DNA of 27,888 bases from Raphidiopsis brookii D9 (GTDB taxonomy: Bacteria > Cyanobacteriota > Cyanobacteriia > Cyanobacteriales > Nostocaceae): positions 1 to 27,888 of the forward strand of contig ACYB01000002.1 in NCBI GenBank assembly GCA_000175855.1, read 5' to 3'. This document shows positions 20,833 to 27,888 of this stretch, piece by piece. Below the pieces are notes generated by a model. It was not told where the DNA came from and ran no database searches. It worked only from the letters and a program-made list of their open reading frames with translations. Within the stretch, counting starts at the first letter, position 1. The number at the start of each line of letters is the position of its first letter. The position numbers were made by a program, and so were the translations under genes.

Positions 20833-21621
20833 TCATTGGACTTTAACTCCATAGCAACTGAAAATATCTTTGACTTTCTCTATTTCTTCTAGACTAGGAG
20901 GCATAGTATTCCCAAGTTCATAGTGATATCCTAGTTCATGCCATTTGTATTCACCTAATTTGTGAAAAGGTAAAATTTCTACTTTTTCCACATTGGTAAG
21001 TTTAGATACAAACTCTGCTAGTTGACGGACGTTTTCATCACCATCTGTCAGATAGGGAACCAGAACAAATCTTATCCATGTTGGCTTATTAATCTCTTGT
21101 AAATATTCCGCAAATCTCAAGGTTGGTTCGATGGAAACTCCCGCAACATGAAGATAGGTGTTAGGATCAAAAGACTTGATGTCTAATAAAACTAAGTCTA
21201 CAAATTCTAGCACGGACTTGGAGGTGGTTAAATCAGGAAATCCGGAAGTATCTAAGGCAGTATGAATGTTTAATTCTTGACACTGACGAAAAACCTCTCG
21301 GACAAATTCTGGTTGTAACAAGGGTTCTCCACCACTAATAGTAACTCCTCCACTAGTAAATTCCATATACGACCTATATTTTTCTATTTCTGTGACTAGT
21401 TCTCCTACAGTTATTTCTTTTCCTGTTTTCGTGTCACGGGTGTCAGGATTGTGACAATACAAACATCTTAATAGGCAGCCTTGGGTGAAAATGACAAATC
21501 TTATACCTGGTCCATCCACTGTACCACAGGTTTCTAGTGAATGAATACGACCCAATATTTGAGAACCTGGCGAAACAGTTGTTGGAGAATGATGGAGACT
21601 TTGAGAAGTTCTGGCATTCAT
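20833..21621 (-). CDS. pflA: Pyruvate formate-lyase-activating enzyme (radical SAM)
   Basis: GCLLRCLYCHNPDTRD cluster-binding motif; TSGGVTISGGEPLLQPEFVREVF. Confidence 0.96.
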   Translation of the reverse strand: MNARTSQSLHHSPTTVSPGSQILGRIHSLETCGTVDGPGIRFVIFTQGCLLRCLYCHNPDTRDTKTGKEITVGELVTEIEKYRSYMEFTSGGVTISGGEPLLQPEFVREVFRQCQELNIHTALDTSGFPDLTTSKSVLEFVDLVLLDIKSFDPNTYLHVAGVSIEPTLRFAEYLQEINKPTWIRFVLVPYLTDGDENVRQLAEFVSKLTNVEKVEILPFHKLGEYKWHELGYHYELGNTMPPSLEEIEKVKDIFSCYGVKVQ

Positions 21622-21698
21622 GGGGTATATAAATTAGATGAATTTTAGATGGATTAGTGAATTAAACGATCTGTTTTTTTCATCCTGAGTAGGAAAAA

Positions 21699-21875
21699 TT
21701 ATATATTAGCATTTGTTTGTGTTTTAACTGTGGAAAAACAATCATTAGTAGCCATTTTTAAGCCAAAGTCAACAAAATTAAATGTTTTAATATCTGATGG
21801 TGTACACGAGTGGTTCCGTATGCAGGACATAGAGAGATTTGAATCGTCTACTGCTATTTCTAAGTGTTGATACAT
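21699..21875 (-). CDS. Candidate 58-aa small protein upstream of pflA, not in the ORF track
   Basis: MYQHLEIAVDDSNLSMSCIRNHSCTPSDIKTFNFVDFGLKMATNDCFSTVKTQTNANI*, preceded by ttAGGAGGTgcaaaATG. Confidence 0.4.
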   Translation of the reverse strand: MYQHLEIAVDDSNLSMSCIRNHSCTPSDIKTFNFVDFGLKMATNDCFSTVKTQTNANI

Positions 21876-21931
21876 TTTGCACCTCCTAAGTTTTCATGAA
21901 TGTGATAAAATTTCGATCATAAGGTGGTCAA

Positions 21932-21953
21932 CAATCAGAAACTCCGCTGATTG
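21932..21953. promoter_or_regulatory. Inverted repeat CAATCAG-N8-CTGATTG upstream of the fermentation cluster
   Basis: caatcag aaactccg ctgattg: perfect 7-bp arms in the divergent intergenic region. Confidence 0.35.
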
Positions 21954-22070
21954 ATTTTTGATTTACCTTAAGACTACTAGAAGAATTTGAGGAACTTGTG
22001 AGGAAACATCCTCAAAAATTAATAAACTCAACCAAAATCTTCATAAGATTATAAATGTGAGGCTTTATAT

Positions 22071-22448
22071 ATGTCTGAAGTAATTACTCCACGCCCAATC
22101 AATAGTGCTGATGAACTGATGAAAAGTTACACGGAGGGAATGAGATATTTTCAAAATGCACAACTAAGGGGAGCTGATTTGCATAACCTGGATTTAAAGG
22201 GTTCTGATTTAAGTTATGCTGACTTGAGCAGTGCTAATCTAAGTATGGCTAATTTGCGCGGATGCGATTTAAGCTATGCTGACCTAAGTGATGCAAATTT
22301 AGAAGATGCAGATCTGCGGGGCACTATGCTCTTTTATACAAATTTACGCCAAGCTAATTTACAGGGTGCTAAGTTAGATAATGCTTATTGGGATAAAAAC
22401 TCTCCTTTATTTCCCAATACAGAATCTACTAAAGATCCGATCCAATAA
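22071..22448 (+). CDS. Pentapeptide repeat protein
   Basis: A(D/N)LxX repeats: [55 protein letters not shown]. Confidence 0.93.
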   Translation: MSEVITPRPINSADELMKSYTEGMRYFQNAQLRGADLHNLDLKGSDLSYADLSSANLSMANLRGCDLSYADLSDANLEDADLRGTMLFYTNLRQANLQGAKLDNAYWDKNSPLFPNTESTKDPIQ

Positions 22449-23789
22449 TGATTCGGTTACTTCTTCTCCGGTAATTTCCCCCAGCGCGTAAATTGCTCCT
22501 CTTAAATCAATTGTCCAAAAATCCAGCGGTAATTGGTCTACAATGGTTTTCTGCACTTGTACTAGATCTATCTGAGCTTTGATTAGAGCTGCTGCTTGTC
22601 TTTGATTAATAGCTAGGTCTAGATCCCCAGCTACAATCTTTTGAGTTTGTACTACTTCTAGAATCGCTTGCTCTAAATCTTCAATTCCTCGGTTTTGACC
22701 AGCAGCAGTTTTCACCGCTTTCTCCATGGTTGGACTACATATACCCCCTAGATCTTCCACTAGATCAATTTTGTTGATAACTAGGATCAATGGACGGTGT
22801 TTTACTTGTTGATAAATTTCCTCATCTCCACTTTGCCAACCCGCTTTAGCATCAATGGTTAATAATACTAAATCTGCACTGTTAGCAGCTTGACGGGAAC
22901 GCTCAACTCCAATTTTTTCCACCTGATCTACTGTTTCCCTAATTCCCGCAGTATCCAAAACTTGAATTGGTATTCCCCCCACCACTAACTGGGACTCTAC
23001 TATATCGCGGGTCGTACCTGGTAAATCAGTCACTATGGCGCGATCGCATTGACTCCAAGCATTTAACAAACTAGATTTTCCCACATTAGGACGACCAACA
23101 ATAGCAACTTTTAAACCGCTTCTTAATAATTCACCTTTCTCTTTAGTACTAAGTAACCTACTAACTTCCACACTAATTTGATTAATTTGAGTAATTATCT
23201 TTCCCTGGTCTAGGGGTGGTAAGTCCTCCTCAAAGTCAATTCTGGCTTCTATCTCCGCTAAAATATCTAAGCACTGATTCCGTAAATATCTAATCGGTTG
23301 AGCCAATTTCCCTCGCAAACCCGCTAGTGCTGTTTGTGCTGCTTGGGGAGATTTAGCACCCACCAAATCAGCTATGCTTTCAGCTTGGGTTAAATCCAAT
23401 CTACCATTTAAAAAAGCTCTTAAGCTAAACTCTCCCGGTTGAGCTAATCTCGCACCATTTTCTAAACACAGCTGTAATACCTGTTGTACTGGTATGATTC
23501 CCCCATGACAATGGAATTCTACCACGTCTTCCCTAGTGAAAGACCGAGGTGCTTTCATAATCAATAATAAAGCTTCATCTACGACCTGTTTGGTTTCAGG
23601 TTGACGGACAAACCCATACAAAATCCGGTGACTTTCCCAAATCTGTTTCCCTGGAGTATAAAATAAAGTATGGGCGATCGCCATTGCTTGGTCACCCGAA
23701 ACCCGCACAATACCCACACTACCCTGTTGAGGAACAACAGCAGTAGCTATAGCGGCGATCGTCCCAGTATGAGATAATAACTTTATCAT
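22407..23789 (-). CDS. mnmE: tRNA uridine-5-carboxymethylaminomethyl modification GTPase MnmE (TrmE)
   Basis: [35 protein letters not shown] and C-terminal FCIGK. Confidence 0.97.
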   Translation of the reverse strand: MIKLLSHTGTIAAIATAVVPQQGSVGIVRVSGDQAMAIAHTLFYTPGKQIWESHRILYGFVRQPETKQVVDEALLLIMKAPRSFTREDVVEFHCHGGIIPVQQVLQLCLENGARLAQPGEFSLRAFLNGRLDLTQAESIADLVGAKSPQAAQTALAGLRGKLAQPIRYLRNQCLDILAEIEARIDFEEDLPPLDQGKIITQINQISVEVSRLLSTKEKGELLRSGLKVAIVGRPNVGKSSLLNAWSQCDRAIVTDLPGTTRDIVESQLVVGGIPIQVLDTAGIRETVDQVEKIGVERSRQAANSADLVLLTIDAKAGWQSGDEEIYQQVKHRPLILVINKIDLVEDLGGICSPTMEKAVKTAAGQNRGIEDLEQAILEVVQTQKIVAGDLDLAINQRQAAALIKAQIDLVQVQKTIVDQLPLDFWTIDLRGAIYALGEITGEEVTESLLDRIFSRFCIGK

Positions 23790-23800
23790 AAAAACTAACT

Positions 23801-24001
23801 ATGGAACCAACAATTAATTGCGCCGAAGCCTGTGTTAATGGCTGTGTACTAGGAGATAAATGTCCCCATACTGAGTATAGAGCAGCAACAACAAAATTCA
23901 TTCAAGATACCCCCCTCGAAAAAATGTTAGAAATAGCTGAGGAGAGACTGCGGAAAAAGATAATGGAACCACCTAAATGGGTTTTTCCTGAAGATACCTA
24001 A
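23801..24001 (+). CDS. Small cysteine-containing hypothetical protein
   Basis: 66-aa ORF MEPTINCAEACVNGCVLGDKCPHTEYRAATTKFIQDTPLEKMLEIAEERLRKKIMEPPKWVFPEDT in the gap between mnmE and hpnA. Confidence 0.7.
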   Translation: MEPTINCAEACVNGCVLGDKCPHTEYRAATTKFIQDTPLEKMLEIAEERLRKKIMEPPKWVFPEDT

Positions 24002-24054
24002 AATTTAACATCCAAACTAGAGATACAAAATTTACGAGATAGAGGGGGGATAAC

Positions 24055-25041
24055 ATGCGGGCTTTTGTCACTGGTGGTACGGGTTTTGTGGGTGCTCACG
24101 TAGTTAGATGTTTACTACAATCAGGATATAAAGTAACAGCACTAGTGCGTAAAAATAGCCAGCTAGAAAACTTAAAGGGTTTAGAAATAGATATGGTGAT
24201 AGGGGATCTGAATGACCCAGGAATCTGGGAGCAGATGGGGGGTTGTCATTACCTGTTTCACTTAGCAGCTCATTATTCCCTGTGGCAAAAAGACCGCCAA
24301 CTATTATATCATCATAATGTGGAGGGGACGCGCAATCTTTTAAGATCAGCTCAAAAAGCGGGAATTGAACGGACAGTTTATACCAGCTCTGTAGCAGCTA
24401 TAGGAGTGGGAAAGTCAGGAGAAATTGTAGATGAGACCCACCAAAGTCCCCTAAACAAACTAGTAGGAGATTATAAAAAGTCTAAATTTCTAGCAGAGCA
24501 GGTGGCAAAAACAGCTGTTCAAGAAGGTCAAGACATAGTGATAGTCAATCCTAGCAGTCCCATAGGTCCTTTAGATATTAAACCCACACCCACAGGAGAT
24601 ATTATCCTCAGATTTTTGCGCCAGCAAATGCCAGCTTACGTAAATACAGGTTTAAACTTTATTGATGTGCGAGATGTAGCTCAAGGACATTTACTGGCAC
24701 TAGAAAAGGGAAAAACAGGCGATCGCTATATTTTAGGGAATGAAAATCTGAGTTTAAAACAACTGCTAGACACACTGGCAGAAATTACAGGAATCAAAGC
24801 ACCACAATTTTCCCTACCATCTTTTATCCCATTAAGTGTAGCTTGGATAGAAGAGAAGGTTTTGGCACCTTTAGGAAAAACCCCCACAGTTCCTATAGAT
24901 GGAGTTCGGATGGCACAACAACCAATGTATTATAATGCTTCCAAAGCCATCCGCATCTTGGGACTACCCCAGTCTTCCGTTCGGGTAGCACTCCAAGATG
25001 CTGTCCATTGGTTTGTGTCTCATGGTTATGTAAAATACTAG
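24055..25041 (+). CDS. hpnA: Hopanoid-associated sugar epimerase (NAD-dependent epimerase family)
   Basis: AFVTGGTGFVGAHVVRCLL; YTSSVAAIG; YKKSKFLAE; VNPSSPIGPLDIKPTPTG. Confidence 0.92.
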   Translation: MRAFVTGGTGFVGAHVVRCLLQSGYKVTALVRKNSQLENLKGLEIDMVIGDLNDPGIWEQMGGCHYLFHLAAHYSLWQKDRQLLYHHNVEGTRNLLRSAQKAGIERTVYTSSVAAIGVGKSGEIVDETHQSPLNKLVGDYKKSKFLAEQVAKTAVQEGQDIVIVNPSSPIGPLDIKPTPTGDIILRFLRQQMPAYVNTGLNFIDVRDVAQGHLLALEKGKTGDRYILGNENLSLKQLLDTLAEITGIKAPQFSLPSFIPLSVAWIEEKVLAPLGKTPTVPIDGVRMAQQPMYYNASKAIRILGLPQSSVRVALQDAVHWFVSHGYVKY

Positions 25042-25052
25042 AGGAGTTTTGT

Positions 25053-26068
25053 ATGGCAATTAATCTGCAACAAGCGATGGATATTGGGAAGTACCTATTT
25101 AAACAACGTCTATCAGGAAAAAACGCTTCCCTTTAGTATTAATGTTAGAACCACTGTTTCGTTGTAACTTAGCCTGCTCAGGGTGTGGAAAAATCCAGCA
25201 TCCCACGGAAGTTCTTAAACAAAACTTGTCACCGGAGCAGTGTTTTGCAGCAGTGGAAGAATGTGGTGCACCCGTAGTTTCCATTCCGGGAGGAGAACCC
25301 CTATTACACCCACAAATTAATCAAATTGTCCAAGGTTTAGTAGATCGTAAAAAATACGTGTATTTATGTACCAACGGATTACTTTTAGAAAAGAGCTTGC
25401 ATAAGTTCAAACCGTCTCCCTATCTTACCTTTAGTGTTCATCTAGATGGAATGAAAGAGTGGCATGATCACTGTGTGGATAGAAAGGGAGTGTTTGATGT
25501 TGCTGTAGCGGCAATTCGTGCTGCTAAATCTCAGGGTTTTCGCGTCACAACCAACACCACCATTTTCACTGGTTGTAATGTAGAGGAAATGCAAGGGTTT
25601 TTTGATTTTCTAGAAACCTTGAAAGTTGATGGGATGATGATTTCTCCTGGTTACAGTTATGAATGGGCTCCAGACCAAGATCACTTTTTACAAAGGGAAC
25701 AAACTAGAGCATTATTCCGAGAAATTCTCGCCCCCTATCAATCAGGAAAGAAAAACTGGAACTTCAATCACAACCCCCTGTTCTTGGATTTTCTCATTGG
25801 GGAGAAGGACTATGAATGTACTCCTTGGGGTAGTCCCAGTTATAGTGTTTTGGGATGGCAAAAACCCTGTTACCTATTAAACGAGGGTTACTATCAAACT
25901 TTCCAAGAGTTACTAGACCAAACTGATTGGAGTAAGTATGGACATGCTAGCGGTAATCCTAAATGTGCTGATTGTATGGTGCATTGTGGTTATGAACCAA
26001 CTGCAGCAATAGATGCTATGCAACCACAAAACATAGCTCGTTCTCTCAGCACTGTTTTTGGTAGATAA
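25053..26068 (+). CDS. hpnH: Adenosyl-hopene transferase HpnH (radical SAM), with an apparent frameshift near the 5' end
   Basis: [14 protein letters not shown] motif. ATG at 25053 preceded by GAGGAG gives [23 protein letters not shown]; one more A in the run at 25118-25123 would join it to [22 protein letters not shown]. Confidence 0.92.
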
Positions 26069-26078
26069 GCACAACTGG

Positions 26079-26124
26079 CCAAAAGGTTAGCCACAATTCG
26101 CCTTCAAGCTTCCTTTTGGTTTTT
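26079..26124 (+). terminator. Possible terminator downstream of hpnH
   Basis: CCAAAAGG (26079-26086) pairs with CCTTTTGG (26112-26119), followed by TTTTTAAT; the loop is long (25 nt). Confidence 0.35.
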
Positions 26125-26194
26125 AATATACAACATCTTAACTAGCTTCAAATTTTATTCCTAAAGTGTGATCAGGCTTATTCCATTGTTTATC

Positions 26195-26219
26195 TATATA
26201 GGCTTGTCAAGCCTATATA
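26195..26219. repeat. 25-bp perfect dyad with 12-bp arms and 1-bp centre
   Basis: TATATAGGCTTG T CAAGCCTATATA. Confidence 0.85.
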
Positions 26220-26250
26220 AGTATTAGGACACTAAGTAATCAAATTGAAC

Positions 26251-26604
26251 CTAATCATAAAATTGGTAAGAACCACCTCCCAATTTGCAAATATTGATAT
26301 TATACTTTTCCACTACATCACCATCGGCAAATTTGGCTTGAAAGTCATAGTTGCAAGTTGTACGCTCATCATTGATATTAATTTCCGTCGCTTTTCCAGA
26401 TCCTAAAACATCATCTCCTAAGATATCGTTTTCCCAATTTTTAACCCCAGAAGGAGAAGCGTAAAATTCTGTCATATTTACCCTTGTTTTATTTTCCAAC
26501 ATGAAAGAAATATCTTCAGCCAAAACTTTGGATGTGTTGCCTATTACACTGGGAATAACCAAACCAACTACAGTCAAACCCATCAAAAACGTTCTTAGTT
26601 GCAT
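26251..26604 (-). CDS. Secreted hypothetical protein
   Basis: Signal peptide MQLRTFLMGLTVVGLVIPSVIGNTSKVLAEDIS; two Cys in the mature region. Confidence 0.65.
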   Translation of the reverse strand: MQLRTFLMGLTVVGLVIPSVIGNTSKVLAEDISFMLENKTRVNMTEFYASPSGVKNWENDILGDDVLGSGKATEININDERTTCNYDFQAKFADGDVVEKYNINICKLGGGSYQFYD

Positions 26605-26669
26605 AGCTACTTATAACCTCTTTAAGATTCAAAAGGATGTTTCGATACCCGTACCTTTTGGCGAAGGTC

Positions 26670-26775
26670 AGATCATCGGGTAAGCGCACGATATAACTTA
26701 TCCCGTCTGTGATTTGCTTTCACCGAGTAGGGTTGCCATAAAAGTTACATTTACTTTTTTATTCTATCATCTGGT
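26670..26775 (-). pseudogene. Decayed 5' fragment of a Uma2-like gene plus its upstream sequence
   Basis: Minus strand from 26739: MATLLGESKSQTG* then divergent sequence; the region matches 107-219 (gatttgctttcac-gagtagggttgccataaaagttac and attctatcatct). Confidence 0.7.
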
Positions 26776-26859
26776 AAGTTTTTTGATATGATTGTGGTAG
26801 CATTTTTTTGGGCTTCCTTATTTTCCAATAACTCTATTTAAACAACAATGGCAATCGCC

Positions 26860-27888
26860 CTAACTGCGAATAACCATAATAGTGCGTCCCCCTGGACTAA
26901 TAGCTTCCTCCGTACTAATTCTCTCTCCCATAGGTGGTAATCCGGGACGGCGATCAAAAATCACTAACCAACCTGTATCTAATCCCAACCCATCCAAGTA
27001 TTTATCCAGTTGGGTCAAACCCTTAGTTAGGGGATCTAACTTTTCCCTCCGCACCTTTAACTCTATGCCCATCACCACTTTGCCATAGCGTAAACAAATA
27101 TCCATCCTCCCAGAACCAATGGCATATTCCCGCTCTAAAGTGCCACCACCATTCACTACTCGATGTAAAAATGCCATTAATACTAAATGGGGAGCAATCT
27201 CATGATAGGGCGCACTTCTGAGTAATGGTTCCCCATGTTGTCGCCAAAATTCTAAGAAAGAGTCTAATAGGATTTGAGGGTTGAGTGTGCCATCAGGGTT
27301 TAACCAATTGGGTTCCACCGAGGTTAAAGAGGCGATCGCCACTGCGGCTAAGTTTTTAGGTAAAATCTCTCGATAAATAGGGTTAGCAATTTCTAGTCCA
27401 CCCCCGCGATCTCGACGGCATAAACCCAGATCTAAGACGTATCGTAAGTTGTCTTCTGGCGTATTAGCTAAGTCTTCACCAGCTAACATGGGTTGAATAA
27501 TATCCCTAACCCGCTCTTCCCGCAATCTTTCTGCTAAGCTATCTAAATGAGTATCCTGGCGCTGAATCAGAATTTCTTTGGCTCGGTTAATGACTTCAGC
27601 AGTAATGGGTTCGGTTACATCTTTAACTAAAACTTGGGTAGCTTGACGAGCTAGTGCGTTTACTAACCATGGTTGTCCGTCGGTTAAATAATATGCGCGT
27701 TGAATTGCTTCTGTGGTAAAAACTTGTCCCGTAGCTTGTGTGTGTTGTAAGTAAAGTTCTTCCACTTCCGGTAAAGTAAAATTACTTAAAGTCAAGGATT
27801 CAGCCTTGATATTAAAGGGACTGGAGGTATTGAGTCTTTCACTTCCACCGGACTTAACCTTATAGTCCCGCACATCCCGCATACCAAT
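26860..27888 (-). CDS. AAA-like ATPase with C-terminal PD-(D/E)XK-nuclease-like region, 5' end outside window
   Basis: Frame stays open upstream of the called ATG (LIGMRDVRDYKV...). LTDGQPWLVNALARQ is typical of AAA-like proteins; C-terminus GSGRMDICLRYGKVVMGIELKV resembles a PD-(D/E)XK core. Confidence 0.75.
   Translation of the reverse strand: MGMRDVRDYKVKSGGSERLNTSSPFNIKAESLTLSNFTLPEVEELYLQHTQATGQVFTTEAIQRAYYLTDGQPWLVNALARQATQVLVKDVTEPITAEVINRAKEILIQRQDTHLDSLAERLREERVRDIIQPMLAGEDLANTPEDNLRYVLDLGLCRRDRGGGLEIANPIYREILPKNLAAVAIASLTSVEPNWLNPDGTLNPQILLDSFLEFWRQHGEPLLRSAPYHEIAPHLVLMAFLHRVVNGGGTLEREYAIGSGRMDICLRYGKVVMGIELKVRREKLDPLTKGLTQLDKYLDGLGLDTGWLVIFDRRPGLPPMGERISTEEAISPGGRTIMVIRS

Noticed and set aside
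23719-23901. 60-aa minus-strand ORF overlapping the mnmE start
   Set aside because: Overlaps mnmE N-terminus and the conserved-looking small + strand ORF; low support.
25099-25880. ORFs 25099..25284 (-) and 25659..25880 (+) in hpnH
   Set aside because: Alternative-frame or antisense translations of the radical SAM gene.
26501-27088. ORFs 26501..26683 (+) and 26882..27088 (+)
   Set aside because: Antisense to the secreted hypothetical gene and to the AAA/PD-(D/E)XK gene; no motif.

Overview
Cyanobacterial (probably Nostocales-like) chromosomal window, judged from protein families, abundant HIP1 octamers (GCGATCGC) and hopanoid genes. From left to right it holds: a partial Uma2-like endonuclease; a serine protease + TPR gene split by a frameshift; an outer-membrane beta-barrel protein; a hypothetical membrane protein; and a Ser/Thr kinase. 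Next comes an accessory, defence-like and partly decayed stretch (about 5.2-12.5 kb) with a frameshifted N6-adenine DNA methylase (type-ISP-like C-terminus), remnants of a small gene, a tandemly duplicated gene of a cyanobacterial PD-(D/E)XK-like/hypothetical family with a variable 27-bp repeat, and a NB-ARC/STAND ATPase with no obvious sensor domain. This is followed by a co-directional anaerobic fermentation cluster (pflA-adhE-pflB-hydrogenase maturation protease-ADP-forming acyl-CoA ligase/GNAT), a pentapeptide-repeat gene whose 3' end overlaps mnmE antisense, hopanoid genes hpnA-hpnH, a secreted hypothetical protein, a decayed second Uma2 5' fragment, and a partial AAA-like ATPase/PD-(D/E)XK protein. 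I do not see a clearly new, intact system. The most interesting items are the duplicated repeat-bearing gene next to the methylase and STAND ATPase, the in-frame join of a hydrogenase protease C-terminus to the acyl-CoA ligase ORF, the fermentation cluster, a small ORF with a strong Shine-Dalgarno, and a 12-bp perfect dyad. Several genes carry single-base frameshifts, three of them in homopolymers, so sequencing error must be excluded before calling pseudogenes.
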